Shown piece by piece: positions 51,155 to 63,936 of a DNA stretch of 64,000 bases. The position numbers were made by a program, and so were the translations under genes. Origin of the DNA: Bacteroidia bacterium. GTDB lineage: Bacteria > Bacteroidota > Bacteroidia > UBA4408. The stretch lies in the NCBI GenBank assembly GCA_020845635.1, contig JADLFI010000026.1, positions 3,329 to 67,328 on the forward strand, written 5' to 3'. Each line of letters begins with the position of its first letter. Within the stretch, counting starts at the first letter, position 1. A model generated the notes under the pieces. That model ran no database searches, had not been told where the DNA came from, and saw only the letters and a program-made list of their open reading frames with translations.

Positions 51155-52171
51155 TTAATCTATAGACTGCAAATTACTTTTTAGTTGTGTTACAGATTGC
51201 TTAAATTCATCTTTCAAATTAGCAATAATTTCTTCGCATCCTAATATTTTATCAATCATTTCAACTGATTTACCCGCACACCATAATGTATGGTAGTTTC
51301 CCGGCTTAATGGAGTCTTCTAATTTTTTCATTCCTTTAACCTGAACCATCATCTTAAAATATTTTTTTACCGTAGAACTTTTACTCAACAACTTCTCGAA
51401 CCATGATTGATTATAGCCTATTTTTTGAGCATAAGGTGTGTTGATAATACTGCAAGGCGTTCCTGAAATTCTATTGGTCATTACAATATTATCCATACCT
51501 GCATTTACAATGGCGTTTTTGTAATCGGTACTTACAGTGGCTTCATGGCTGGCAATAAACCTTGTTCCAATTGAAAACCCACCGGCACCGGCAGCTAGGC
51601 TACTTAACATTGCTTGGCCCGATGCAATGCCTCCGGCAGCAATTACCGGAATATGTGGAAAATGATTTATCAATGAAGGAATCAAAATATGCAAAGGATG
51701 AGGACCCGCGTGTCCTCCAGCCCCCTGCCCTACTGCAATAAATCCATCGCAGTTTAATGAAGCGCACTTTTCGGCATGTTTAATATTTGTTACATCACAA
51801 AACACTTTGGCTCCATAGGCATGAGCTTCTAAAATAACCTCTTTTGGGTTTCCTAAAGAAGTGATATAAAACGGAACTTTATTCTCGGTGCAAACTTTTA
51901 AATGTTTTTGGTATAAAGGATTTGTTTTTTGAACAATTAAATTCACCCCAAAGTTTCCTTTTACCTTATTTTCATTTTTATATTTGTTTAATGACATTAT
52001 TAACTGCTCTAATTCGCCCTCCTTACGATAATTAAGGCTGGGAAAAGTGGCCATAATGCCCGAATGCATTCCGCTTTTCATCATAGCCTCGTTACTTACC
52101 AAAAACATAGGTGCCATAATCATTGGGAACTCTATTTGGAGCATTTGTGATATTTTATTTGAGAATTTCAT
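51155..52171 (-). CDS. Nitronate monooxygenase family (NMO / FabK-like FMN-dependent enoyl reductase)
   Basis: IMAPMFLVSNEAMMKSG…GQGAGGHAG…AAGGIASG match NMO/FabK FMN-binding motifs. Confidence 0.65.
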   Translation of the reverse strand: MKFSNKISQMLQIEFPMIMAPMFLVSNEAMMKSGMHSGIMATFPSLNYRKEGELEQLIMSLNKYKNENKVKGNFGVNLIVQKTNPLYQKHLKVCTENKVPFYITSLGNPKEVILEAHAYGAKVFCDVTNIKHAEKCASLNCDGFIAVGQGAGGHAGPHPLHILIPSLINHFPHIPVIAAGGIASGQAMLSSLAAGAGGFSIGTRFIASHEATVSTDYKNAIVNAGMDNIVMTNRISGTPCSIINTPYAQKIGYNQSWFEKLLSKSSTVKKYFKMMVQVKGMKKLEDSIKPGNYHTLWCAGKSVEMIDKILGCEEIIANLKDEFKQSVTQLKSNLQSID

Positions 52172-52274
52172 GGATGAATATTTTGAATTGAAATAAAAAT
52201 TAAATAAGTTTAGAAAAATTTTTTGAAATCATTGATTTGTTTCAAAATACAAGTATCAATTAAATTTTTGAACT

Positions 52275-54047
52275 ATGAAAATAAATAGAGTTTTTGATTT
52301 ACTTCCCTATTATCTTAAAGAAAAACCAAGAGAAGATGCTTTATGTGCAAAAGAAAATGGAGTATGGAAGAAATATAGTACTTCTGATTTTATAGATAAT
52401 GTGAATTATTTATCGTACGGGCTACTTAATATTGGGATAAATAAAGATGATAAAATTGCCATCATCTCAAACAATAGGCCGGAATGGAATTTTGCCGATT
52501 ATGCCTCACAGCAATGCGGAGCTATTAGTGTACCTATTTATCCTACTATTAGTTTACATGATTTAATTTTTATATTTAATGATGCTAAAATAAAATTGGT
52601 ATTTGTTTCAAGTGCCGAATTGTACGAGAAAGTAAAAGAAGCCGCATCACAGGCTCCATCGGTACAGTTTATATATAGCTTTAATACAGTAAATGGTGTA
52701 AAAAACTGGAAAGAATTATATGAAATCGGGAAAAAACAACCTGCAGCAGAGAAGATAGAGCAAATTAAATCAGAAATTAAAAATGAAGACTTACTAACTA
52801 TTTTATACACTTCAGGAACAACAGGAACTCCAAAGGGCGTCATGCTTTCTCACAACAACCTGTTAAGCAACTCATTTGCTTCCCAAAACCTTGCCCCTTT
52901 TCAAAAAGAATGGAAAGCTTTAAGTTTTTTACCCTTAAACCATGTATATGAGCGAATGTTAAATACCTTATATATATACCTAGGCATAGGTATTTACTAT
53001 GCCGAATCGCTCGAAACAATTGCTGACAATCTGAAAGAAATAAAGCCCGAAGTTTTTGCCACAGTACCTCGCCTGCTGGAAAAAGTATATGACAAGATTG
53101 TTGCTAAAGGACAAGACTTAACCGGATTTAAAAAATCATTATTCTTTTGGGCATTAAAACTGGGCTTACGATATGAATTATACGGTGCTAATGGATGGTT
53201 TTATGAGTTGCAGTTGAAAATAGCTAATGCTTTAATTTTCTCAAAATGGCGCGAAGCTTTAGGTGGAAACATTAAAGCAGTAGTTTCGGGTGGTGCTGCT
53301 TTACAACCACGTTTAGCTCGCGTATTTAATGCAGCCCAAGTGGTTGTTCTTGAAGGATACGGATTAACCGAAACATCACCTGTTATTGCCGTAAATAGTT
53401 TTAAACCTAAAGGTATTATGTTTGGAACAGTAGGTGAAGTTATTGATGGGGTAACCGTTAAAATTGCCGAAGATGGTGAAATACTTGTGAAAGGACCTAA
53501 TGTGATGTTAGGCTATTATAATCGGCCCGATGCTACAGCTGAAGTTATAGACAAAGATGGTTGGTTGCATACAGGCGATATAGGCGAAATGATTGACAAC
53601 AAATATTTAAAAATTACCGATCGTAAAAAAGAAATATTTAAAACATCGGGAGGTAAATATATTGCTCCAATTATGATTGAGAATAAATTGAAAGAATCAC
53701 GGTTTATTGAGCAAGCTTTGGTAGTTGGAGAAAATCATAAATATGCCTCGGCATTAATAGTTCCTTCCTTTGAAACATTAAAAGATTGGGGAAAAACCAG
53801 GAATTTAAACCTTAATAGCAATCAAGATATAATTAATAGTAAAGAAGTTATAGAACTTATTAATAAAGAAGTTGAAAAGGCCAATAAAACTTTAGCTAAT
53901 TATGAAACGATTAAAAAGGTGAAGCTAATGCCTAAAGAGTGGACTATTGACAGTGGCGAGATGACTCCTAAACTTAGTTTAAAAAGAAAAGTAATTATGG
54001 CTGCCAACAAACAAATAATTGATGATTTTTATGCCGGAGAGGAGTAA
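52275..54047 (+). CDS. fadD: Long-chain-fatty-acid--CoA ligase (AMP-dependent synthetase)
   Basis: AMP-binding motif YTSGTTGTPKGVMLSHNNL. Downstream TGDIGE and …GKY… adenylation motifs. Confidence 0.8.
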   Translation: MKINRVFDLLPYYLKEKPREDALCAKENGVWKKYSTSDFIDNVNYLSYGLLNIGINKDDKIAIISNNRPEWNFADYASQQCGAISVPIYPTISLHDLIFIFNDAKIKLVFVSSAELYEKVKEAASQAPSVQFIYSFNTVNGVKNWKELYEIGKKQPAAEKIEQIKSEIKNEDLLTILYTSGTTGTPKGVMLSHNNLLSNSFASQNLAPFQKEWKALSFLPLNHVYERMLNTLYIYLGIGIYYAESLETIADNLKEIKPEVFATVPRLLEKVYDKIVAKGQDLTGFKKSLFFWALKLGLRYELYGANGWFYELQLKIANALIFSKWREALGGNIKAVVSGGAALQPRLARVFNAAQVVVLEGYGLTETSPVIAVNSFKPKGIMFGTVGEVIDGVTVKIAEDGEILVKGPNVMLGYYNRPDATAEVIDKDGWLHTGDIGEMIDNKYLKITDRKKEIFKTSGGKYIAPIMIENKLKESRFIEQALVVGENHKYASALIVPSFETLKDWGKTRNLNLNSNQDIINSKEVIELINKEVEKANKTLANYETIKKVKLMPKEWTIDSGEMTPKLSLKRKVIMAANKQIIDDFYAGEE

Positions 54048-54135
54048 TATAATATCCTTCATTTGAAATTTACCGATAAATAATATTATTAGTTATTTTA
54101 TTCTTTTTCAGTCTTAAATACACACTTTATAACAT

Positions 54136-55293
54136 TTGCATTCTCATACTATAGTTAATTTCGTGAAATCTAATTTTTATATGAAGAAGAATACAAGAGT
54201 CAAGTTTGTTAACAAAAATAAATCAAATTTTTCTGCTGCACTAAGAGTCAATATTAACGAGTATTTTGAGAGCAATAACATTTCAAAATTTGCAAATGTC
54301 CCTATGGTTGTTAAAACCATAATTATGCTGCTTTTATATATTATACCCTTAATTATTTTAATGGTCTTTAAACTTAACACTTGGCAAATAATGCTTTGCT
54401 TTAGTACTGTTGGTTTTGCTATGGCCGGAATTGGTATGAATGTGATGCATGATGCTAATCATAATGCCTATTCAGACAAAGCCTACATAAATAAACTGGT
54501 TGGATACTCGTTAAATTTGATTGGAGGAACTGTATTTAATTGGAAACTGCAACACAATATATTGCACCATACTTATACAAATATTCATAATATGGACGAG
54601 GATATTGATGATAAATACTTCTTTCGTTTCTCACCTCATAGTAAGCTAAGAAAATTTCATCGTTTTCAACACATATATATATTTCTTTTTTACGCTATTA
54701 TGACTTTGTATTGGGTTACACTGAAAGACCTAAATCAACTCATCAAATATAACAACAATGGGGTAAGCAAAGCAACAAAAAGAGAATTTTGGAGAAATGC
54801 TTCAGTATTACTTTTTTCAAAAATTATTTACTTCTTTTATATGTTTTTTATCCCCATATATTTCTTTGACTATAGCTTTGGACAAATTCTAATAGGTTTT
54901 TTGTGCCTTCATGTAGTTGCAGGGATTATTCTTAGTGTGGTTTATCAACTTGCTCATTCTGTTGAGGAAACCTCACATCCCATTCAAAATGATAAAAATG
55001 AAATCGAGAATGATTGGTTTATTCATCAATTAAATACTACCGCTAACTTTGCCCGTAACAATAAGTTTATTACATGGTATGTAGGGGGCTTAAACTATCA
55101 AATAGAGCACCACCTATTTCCAAATATTTGTCATATACATTATCCAAAAATTTCAGAAATTGTAAAAAGCACGGCTAAAGTATATGATGTTCCTTATTTG
55201 GAAACCAAAGGATTTTGGCAAGCCGTAGGTTCACATATTGGCATGTTAAAGAAGTTGGGCACGATTAAAGAGGTAAACTTTTCAATACATTAA
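54136..55293 (+). CDS. Membrane fatty-acid desaturase (three His-box family); start probably at the internal Met (~54181)
   Basis: His boxes HDANHNAY, HNILHHTYTNI and QIEHHLFP, with TM helices between them. Confidence 0.7.
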   Translation: MHSHTIVNFVKSNFYMKKNTRVKFVNKNKSNFSAALRVNINEYFESNNISKFANVPMVVKTIIMLLLYIIPLIILMVFKLNTWQIMLCFSTVGFAMAGIGMNVMHDANHNAYSDKAYINKLVGYSLNLIGGTVFNWKLQHNILHHTYTNIHNMDEDIDDKYFFRFSPHSKLRKFHRFQHIYIFLFYAIMTLYWVTLKDLNQLIKYNNNGVSKATKREFWRNASVLLFSKIIYFFYMFFIPIYFFDYSFGQILIGFLCLHVVAGIILSVVYQLAHSVEETSHPIQNDKNEIENDWFIHQLNTTANFARNNKFITWYVGGLNYQIEHHLFPNICHIHYPKISEIVKSTAKVYDVPYLETKGFWQAVGSHIGMLKKLGTIKEVNFSIH

Positions 55294-55360
55294 TATTCAT
55301 AATAATAAATGCAATTTGCAATAAAATAAAAATTAATTTTGTAAAAACAATCTATCAAAT

Positions 55361-57739
55361 ATGAAAAGAACAATAAATAAAGTAGCAGTATTAGGTTCGG
55401 GAGTAATGGGGAGTCGTATAGCTTGTCATTTTGCCAATATAGGTGTACCCGTTTTATTGCTTGACATTGTCCCGAAAGATGCAGAAAATACAAAAAAAGC
55501 AAGAAATAAAATTGTTGATGATGCTTTGGCCTTTGCTTTAAAATCAAACCCCTCTCCTATTTATAAAAAGTCATTTGCCTCAAGAATTACTACCGGAAAT
55601 TTTGAAGACAATATGGCGCAAATTGCCGATTGCGACTGGATTATTGAAGTTGTGGTGGAGCGATTGGATATTAAAAAAATTGTATTTGAACAAGTTGAAA
55701 AATACAGAAAACCCGGAACCTTAGTAAGCAGCAATACTTCAGGTATTCCAATTCATTTAATGGCCGAGGGGCGTTCTGACGATTTTAGAAAGCATTTTTG
55801 TGGAACACATTTCTTTAATCCGCCACGTTATTTAAAGTTATTAGAGATAATTCCGGGAAAAGAAACCCTTCCTGAGATAGTTGAATTTATTCATGAATAC
55901 GGTAACTTATACTTAGGTAAAACTACCGTATTATGTAAAGACACTCCTGCATTTATTGCTAACCGAATAGGGGTATATGGAATTATGGCCTTGTTTCATT
56001 TAGTTGAAAAAATGGATTTAACCATTGAGGAAGTAGATAAACTTACAGGTCCTGTGTTAGGTCGCCCTAAATCTGCTACCTTTCGTACTTGCGATGTAGT
56101 AGGACTTGACACCTTAATACATGTGGCTAATGGTGTTGCTCAAAGCTGCCCTAATGATGAAGCCATAGAGGTATTTAAAATTCCTGCCTATATTAACAAA
56201 ATGGTTGAAAACAAGTGGTTGGGGGCTAAAACAGAGCAAGGCTTTTTTAAAAAAGTAAAAGGTGATAAGGGAAAAAGTGAAATACATGCATTAGACCTTA
56301 AAACCCTTGAATATAAACCTTCGCAGAAGATTAAGTTCAGCACACTTGAGGCTACCAAACAAATAGATAATTTAAGAGAGCGTCTTAAAGTGCTTATCAA
56401 CGGAAAGGATAAGGCCGGTGATTTTTACCGAAACTCATTCTATGGTCTGTTCCAATACATAAGTTATAGAATACCTGAAATTACTGACGATTTATATAAG
56501 ATTGATGATGCCATGAAAGCAGGATTTGGTTGGGAATTAGGACCTTTTGAGTATTGGGATGCTTTTGGAGTAGAAAAAATGGTAAACGATATGGAAGCAA
56601 CCGGACATAAGGTAGCTCCTTGGGTTAAAGAAATGTTGAATAGCGGCAAATCTTCATTTTATAGTATAACCAACGGCAAGCCACATTATTATGATGTAAG
56701 CGGTGGCAAGGATTATAAACAAATTCCCGGCACCGATAATTATATTTTACTCAGCCCAATAAGAGAACATAAAACGGTATGGAAAAATGCCGGTAGCTCT
56801 ATTATTGACATTGGTGACGGGATCTTAAATGTTGAATTTCACTCAAAAATGAACAGTATAGGAAGCGAAGTAATTGCCGGTGTTAATAAGGCCATTGATT
56901 TGGCTGAGAAAGATTTTGCAGGATTAGTAATTAGTAATGAAGGTGCTAACTTTAGCGCTGGCGCAAATGTTGGTATGATTTTTATGATGGCTGTTGAACA
57001 GGAATATGATGAGTTGAATTTTGCTATTAAAGCATTCCAAAACACTATGATGCGTGTACGTTATTCTTCAATTCCGGTGGTGGTGGCTCCGCATAATATG
57101 ACCTTAGGAGGTTCATGCGAAATGTCAATGCACTCTGATAAAGTAGTAGCACATGCCGAATCGTATATAGGATTGGTAGAGTTTGGTGTAGGACTAATTC
57201 CGGGGGGCGGAGGAACTAAAGAATTTGCATTACGTTTATCTGATGAACTTACAGAAGGCGATATTGAATTAAACAGATTCCGTCACCGTTTTCTAACTAT
57301 AGGTCAGGCTAAAGTATCAACATCTGCTCACGAAGCTTTTGATTTGGGATATTTAAGAGCAGGAACTGATGAAGTAGTTGTTTCGCGCGACAGGCTTTTG
57401 AGCAAAGCCAAAGAAGCGTGCCTAAATTTAGTAAATAAAGGTTATGTAAAACCTGTTCCACGTAAAGATATTAAAGTACTTGGCAAACAGGCATTAGGAT
57501 TGGCCTACTTAGGTGCCGACTCTATGCTTAGCGGACATTATATCAGTGAGCATGATGCCAAAATATCACAAAAATTAGCCTGGGTGTTATGTGGTGGCAA
57601 TTTATCATCTCCTACCTTGGTTAGTGAACAATACTTGTTAGATTTAGAGCGTGAGGCATTTTTGAGTTTGTGTGGAGAAAAGAAAACTCTTGAAAGACTT
57701 CAGTCTATATTAACCGGAGGAAAAATTTTAAGAAACTAA
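55361..57739 (+). CDS. Bifunctional 3-hydroxyacyl-CoA dehydrogenase / enoyl-CoA hydratase (FadB/FadJ-type)
   Basis: N-terminal NAD Rossmann VAVLGSGVMGSRIA. 3HCDH core …IVEVVVERLDIKK…SNTSGI…. C-terminal crotonase-fold region with hydratase/isomerase motifs. Confidence 0.8.
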   Translation: MKRTINKVAVLGSGVMGSRIACHFANIGVPVLLLDIVPKDAENTKKARNKIVDDALAFALKSNPSPIYKKSFASRITTGNFEDNMAQIADCDWIIEVVVERLDIKKIVFEQVEKYRKPGTLVSSNTSGIPIHLMAEGRSDDFRKHFCGTHFFNPPRYLKLLEIIPGKETLPEIVEFIHEYGNLYLGKTTVLCKDTPAFIANRIGVYGIMALFHLVEKMDLTIEEVDKLTGPVLGRPKSATFRTCDVVGLDTLIHVANGVAQSCPNDEAIEVFKIPAYINKMVENKWLGAKTEQGFFKKVKGDKGKSEIHALDLKTLEYKPSQKIKFSTLEATKQIDNLRERLKVLINGKDKAGDFYRNSFYGLFQYISYRIPEITDDLYKIDDAMKAGFGWELGPFEYWDAFGVEKMVNDMEATGHKVAPWVKEMLNSGKSSFYSITNGKPHYYDVSGGKDYKQIPGTDNYILLSPIREHKTVWKNAGSSIIDIGDGILNVEFHSKMNSIGSEVIAGVNKAIDLAEKDFAGLVISNEGANFSAGANVGMIFMMAVEQEYDELNFAIKAFQNTMMRVRYSSIPVVVAPHNMTLGGSCEMSMHSDKVVAHAESYIGLVEFGVGLIPGGGGTKEFALRLSDELTEGDIELNRFRHRFLTIGQAKVSTSAHEAFDLGYLRAGTDEVVVSRDRLLSKAKEACLNLVNKGYVKPVPRKDIKVLGKQALGLAYLGADSMLSGHYISEHDAKISQKLAWVLCGGNLSSPTLVSEQYLLDLEREAFLSLCGEKKTLERLQSILTGGKILRN

Positions 57740-57816
57740 TGATATAACCAGATATTGTTATTATAAATTTTTTATTTAATAGATAAAATTAAAAACAACA
57801 AGATAAAAGAAATACA

Positions 57817-58992
57817 ATGAACGCATATATAGTAGCAGCATATAGAACAGCCGTAGGTAAAGCTAATCGTGGTGGTTTTAGATTTACGCGTCCCGATGAA
57901 ATGGCCTCGTCAGTGATAAAACATTTAATGAAATCGGTACCTAACGTTACCGAAGAGCAAATTGATGATTTAATTGTTGGGAATGCTATGCCGGAGGCTG
58001 AACAAGGTTTAAACATGGGACGATTAATTTCATTAATGTCGTTTAATACCGATAAAATAAGTGGTATGACAGTAAATCGTTATTGTGCCTCAGGACTTGA
58101 AACTATAGCTATTGCATCATCAAAAATTCACAGTGGATTGGCACATTGCATAATAGCAGGTGGTGCCGAGAGTATGAGCTTAATACCTATGGGTGGTTGG
58201 CGAGTAGTACCCAATGCTGATATTGCTTTAGCACATCCTGATTATTATTGGGGAATGGGGTTAACTGCTGAGGCTGTGGCCAATGAGTATAAAATAAGTC
58301 GTGAAGATCAGGATATATTCTCTTTAAAATCGCATCAAAAGGCTATCAAAGCTATAAAAGAGAATAAATTTAAAGATGAAATTGTTTCATTGAGTGTACA
58401 TGAAAACTATTTAGACGAAAATGAGAAAAGAAAAACCAGGACTTTTGTAGTGGACACCGATGAAGGCCCAAGAGCAGACACAAATATTGAGGCTCTTGCC
58501 AAACTAAAACCTGTATTTGATGCCAAAGGAAGCGTTACTGCCGGTAACTCATCCCAAACCAGTGATGGGGCTGCTTTTGTAATGATTGTGAGCGAGAAAT
58601 TTTTGAAAGAGAATAACCTCACTCCCATTGCACGAATGATAAGTTTTGCCAGTGCCGGTGTGCCTCCACGCATTATGGGGATAGGACCTATTGCAGCTAT
58701 TCCTAAAGCATTGAAATTAGCCGGTTTAAAACAAGATCAAATTGATTTGATTGAACTAAATGAAGCCTTTGCCTCTCAATCATTGGCTGTTATTCGCACA
58801 CTCCAATTAAATGAGGAAATTGTAAATGTTAATGGTGGAGCTATTTCTTTAGGGCATCCTTTGGGCTGTTCAGGCACTAAATTGTCTGTTCAGATTTTTA
58901 ATGAACTGAAAAGAAGAAATAAGAAATACGGTTTAGTAACCATGTGTGTAGGAACAGGACAGGGAGCTGCCGGAGTTTTTGAGATGTTATAA
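57817..58992 (+). CDS. fadA: Acetyl-CoA C-acyltransferase (thiolase)
   Basis: Active-site Cys region [11 protein letters not shown]-terminal [17 protein letters not shown] and CVGTGQG motifs. Confidence 0.85.
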   Translation: MNAYIVAAYRTAVGKANRGGFRFTRPDEMASSVIKHLMKSVPNVTEEQIDDLIVGNAMPEAEQGLNMGRLISLMSFNTDKISGMTVNRYCASGLETIAIASSKIHSGLAHCIIAGGAESMSLIPMGGWRVVPNADIALAHPDYYWGMGLTAEAVANEYKISREDQDIFSLKSHQKAIKAIKENKFKDEIVSLSVHENYLDENEKRKTRTFVVDTDEGPRADTNIEALAKLKPVFDAKGSVTAGNSSQTSDGAAFVMIVSEKFLKENNLTPIARMISFASAGVPPRIMGIGPIAAIPKALKLAGLKQDQIDLIELNEAFASQSLAVIRTLQLNEEIVNVNGGAISLGHPLGCSGTKLSVQIFNELKRRNKKYGLVTMCVGTGQGAAGVFEML

Positions 58993-59009
58993 ATACTATT
59001 TTATAATTA

Positions 59010-61136
59010 ATGGCTAAATTCAGGTATTTAATATTAGGTGTTTTATATTTTCTATATGGCCTTAGTTCCTTTGCTCAAAAAAGAGAAATTGATTCACTGA
59101 GCAGTGTAATAAAGCACTCAAACAGCCCAATATTTAGGGCCGATGCGTATTATCAATTATCAGAATATTTTTCGGCTTCGGATATAGATACTATTTATTA
59201 TTTATGTAATAAATCTATATCCATCATTGATGAAAATTTCAATAAAGACCTACCTTCAGCCACTAAAAACAATTATTTAAGAATTAAGGCCAACGCCTTA
59301 AATAATTTGGGCTACTTTTATCGTGAAAAAGGCGCTGTTTCTATGGCCCTGGAATACTTCTACAAAAGTTTATCCATACGAGAACAAATAAACGATAAGA
59401 AAGGAATTGCCGAGAGCTATAGCAACCTTGGCTATATGTGTAACAATAGTGGTGAAATTGATAAAGCCCTTAGCTTTCATTTAAAGAGTTTAAATATTAG
59501 AGAATCTATTAATGATTTAAAAGGACAAGCCACTTCTCTAAATCGTATAGCTGTTATTTATGGGCAACAAGCCGAGGCTATTCGAAAAAAAAATGGTTCT
59601 ATAGATGTGATAGAAAACAAAACCAAACAGGCCTTAAATTATCACAACCGTAGTTTGGAGTTGCGTCAGAGATTAAATGATAAAGAGCGCTTGGCAGAGT
59701 CGTATAACAGCATTGGAATGATTCACTTTGTAATCCTAAAATCTTTGATAGATGATGGAATGACGGCTGATACAATCAATATCGAAAAGAAAAAAGCCAA
59801 AAAATATTTTGAAGAAAGTTTTCGTATAAGAAACGAAATATCTGATAAAAAAGGGATAGCACAGAGTTTAAATAATTTAGCGAGTTATTACTTACTAAAC
59901 TCCGATTTAACAAACGCAGAACAAAAAGGAATAAAGAGTTTAGAAATTTCTGAAAAGATTGGAAATCCGGAACAGATTAGAAATTCAGCCTATACCCTAT
60001 ATAAGATTTACGAAAAAAACAATGAATTAAAAAAGGCCTTTGAGATGTTTAAATTGTATATCTTGATGAAGGACAGTTTGCAAAATTCAAGCTATATTCA
60101 AAAACAGGTGCAGTTGGAGTTTCAACGTAAAATTGAGGCCGACAGTTTAACGCTAATTAAACAACAAAATGTAATAGCAGCAAATAAACTTAAAGATGAG
60201 CAACGTTTTAAATGGTATTTGTTGATTTTTATCATTATCATTATTTTGTTTGTAATTTTATTTTACAATCGTTATCAAATAGCCAGAAAAAAGAACCATA
60301 TTATTCGTGCGCAACATCAGGCTGTAGAAGAACAGAAAAATCAGATAGTTAAAAAGAATGCCGAAATTATGTCGAGCATTAATTACGCAAAACGTATTCA
60401 ATCAACAATACTTCCACCCGACTCAAAAATTAATCACCTGCTTCCTGATACATTTGTTATATATCTTCCTAAAGATATAGTTTCAGGTGATTATTACTGG
60501 CTTGAAACAAATAAAAAAGATCCTGATACGATTTTCTTTGCGGCATGTGATTGCACCGGCCACGGTGTTCCCGGAGCCTTGGTTTCGTTGGTTTGTCATA
60601 ATGCCTTAACCCTTGCGGTAACAGACTTAGGTTTAACATTACCATCTACCATCCTCGATATATCTGCCGATATCATTATTGAAAATCTTTCAAAAAACAA
60701 TATGGCCGATGATGAAATAAAAGACGGAATGGATATTGCTTTATGTTCCTTAAACAAAAAGACCGGAGAGCTTAATTTTGCAGGTGCCAACAACCCGGTT
60801 TGGATTTTAAAGGCCAACAATAATTTTATTGAAATTAAAGGAAACAAACAGCCTGTAGGCAAAATTGAAAATCGTAAACCTTTTGTAAATCATACTTATC
60901 AACTTGAACCCGGTGATGTTGTTTATGTATTTACAGATGGTTATGCCGATCAGTTTGGTGGTGAACTTGGTAAAAAATTTCAACGTACAAGGTTCAGAAA
61001 ACTGATACAAGATATTACACCACTCTCTTTAACAGAACAAAAAAATACTTTATTAAATACTTTTGAGCAGTACAAGGGCAATTTAGAGCAAGTAGATGAT
61101 GTATGTATTATGGCTGTTAGGTATATTCCTGAATAA
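59010..61136 (+). CDS. TPR-repeat sensor with a single TM helix and a C-terminal SpoIIE/PP2C serine phosphatase domain
   Basis: Signal peptide, then ~8 TPR-like repeats (LNNLGYFYREKG…, YSNLGYMC…). TM helix WYLLIFIIIIILFVILFY. Phosphatase motifs GDYYW…ACDCTGHGVPGA…DGMDIA…TDGYADQFGG. Confidence 0.75.
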   Translation: MAKFRYLILGVLYFLYGLSSFAQKREIDSLSSVIKHSNSPIFRADAYYQLSEYFSASDIDTIYYLCNKSISIIDENFNKDLPSATKNNYLRIKANALNNLGYFYREKGAVSMALEYFYKSLSIREQINDKKGIAESYSNLGYMCNNSGEIDKALSFHLKSLNIRESINDLKGQATSLNRIAVIYGQQAEAIRKKNGSIDVIENKTKQALNYHNRSLELRQRLNDKERLAESYNSIGMIHFVILKSLIDDGMTADTINIEKKKAKKYFEESFRIRNEISDKKGIAQSLNNLASYYLLNSDLTNAEQKGIKSLEISEKIGNPEQIRNSAYTLYKIYEKNNELKKAFEMFKLYILMKDSLQNSSYIQKQVQLEFQRKIEADSLTLIKQQNVIAANKLKDEQRFKWYLLIFIIIIILFVILFYNRYQIARKKNHIIRAQHQAVEEQKNQIVKKNAEIMSSINYAKRIQSTILPPDSKINHLLPDTFVIYLPKDIVSGDYYWLETNKKDPDTIFFAACDCTGHGVPGALVSLVCHNALTLAVTDLGLTLPSTILDISADIIIENLSKNNMADDEIKDGMDIALCSLNKKTGELNFAGANNPVWILKANNNFIEIKGNKQPVGKIENRKPFVNHTYQLEPGDVVYVFTDGYADQFGGELGKKFQRTRFRKLIQDITPLSLTEQKNTLLNTFEQYKGNLEQVDDVCIMAVRYIPE

Positions 61137-61295
61137 TAAAAATAGCTATCAACTTAATGAATGTGTTTTATGCACATTTCAAAATTAATTAGAAGGTATT
61201 CTTTACAAACTTTTTAGGAAATTATTGATTATGTAAAATTTTACTTAGGCGATATTTACAAGTCAGGAGCAATAAAAACGTAAAGGGAATTATAA

Positions 61296-61340
61296 GAAAT
61301 AAAAAAGGAGTACTATTAGTACTCCTTTTTTTGTTTCTGA
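61296..61340. terminator. Bidirectional rho-independent terminator between the SpoIIE sensor gene (+) and groEL (-)
   Basis: aaaggagtactattagtactccttt hairpin. It is flanked by an A run upstream and a T run downstream, so it is followed by a U run on either strand. Confidence 0.7.
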
Positions 61341-61352
61341 AAGTATGAATGA

Positions 61353-62987
<1,635 letters not shown>

Positions 62988-63028
62988 ATTATTTATTTAT
63001 TTAAGTTATTAATTAATAAAATAAGAGA

Positions 63029-63307
63029 TTAAATGATAGCAAAAATGTCGCTCTCGCGCATAATCAAATAATCTTTTCCTTCAATGTTCAATTCTGTTCC
63101 GGCATACTTACCATATAAAACAGTATCACCAACCTTAACGGTCATTGGCTCATCTTTTTTTCCACCCCCTACTGCAATAATTTTTCCACGTTGTGGTTTT
63201 TCTTTGGCAGTGTCAGGAATAATTATTCCGCCTGCTGTTTTTTCTTCTGCCTGTGCTGCTTCTACTAAAACACGGTCAGCTAATGGCTGTACTTTAACTT
63301 TTGACAT
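63029..63307 (-). CDS. groS: Co-chaperonin GroES (Cpn10)
   Basis: [16 protein letters not shown]…[13 protein letters not shown]…GKIIAVG… are canonical GroES. Confidence 0.95.
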   Translation of the reverse strand: MSKVKVQPLADRVLVEAAQAEEKTAGGIIIPDTAKEKPQRGKIIAVGGGKKDEPMTVKVGDTVLYGKYAGTELNIEGKDYLIMRESDIFAII

Positions 63308-63642
63308 AATAAAATTTATTTTAGGTTTAACAATTTATTTTAATTGATTTACCTCTTATTGTCATAAAACATGCCATTCTTATTTTTCTCTCTTTCCATT
63401 GCCAATTTTTCAGTTTATTATCGAGTTTAACTAAAAAATTTCAGGTCAACTGACATATAGTCACAACTCAAATTTTAATTCACTTTTAGGAGGAATAATT
63501 AGTAATTAACTAAAAATAAGACAAATACGCCTTATAAATACATATAAAACAGAGAAGTAATTTTTTTCAAGCCCTTCGGATAAACAGGAGATTTTTCAGT
63601 TATAAATGCGTAGCAACGTAATAAACTTTGAGTGGATCTTCG

Positions 63643-63936
63643 TCAGCATGAGTCAATAAGTTTATTGAACAATAAATGATATTCTTCCTTGCTTATTTTT
63701 TGAAGTCGCTTATAATAACATACAGTACTAAGAGGTTCTAATAAAGTGCCACTTAATGCTTTTTTTTCAGTATTATTGTTAGCGTATTCATAAAACTTTT
63801 TATAGAACTGTATGGCACCGGTTGAAAACCCGTCCAAATGTTTAAACACTTTGTTTCCGAAACGTTCTTCATCGGTTTTGTAACAACAATCATTTTTTAA
63901 GTAAGGAAAAGTTTTTACCCGAACATTATTATACAA
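63643..63936 (-). CDS. Doubtful small ORF (TTG start, no internal Met); possibly a gene fragment
   Basis: The ORF is bounded by an upstream in-frame TAG. Its only possible start is a TTG at 63934-63936. No motif was recognised. Confidence 0.2.
   Translation of the reverse strand: MYNNVRVKTFPYLKNDCCYKTDEERFGNKVFKHLDGFSTGAIQFYKKFYEYANNNTEKKALSGTLLEPLSTVCYYKRLQKISKEEYHLLFNKLIDSC

Noticed and set aside
63308-63640. Looked for a CIRCE (TTAGCACTC-N9-GAGTGCTAA) HrcA operator upstream of groES
   Set aside because: No match to the inverted repeat in the 330-bp upstream region. Only AT-rich sequence with weak Bacteroidota-type -7-like elements.
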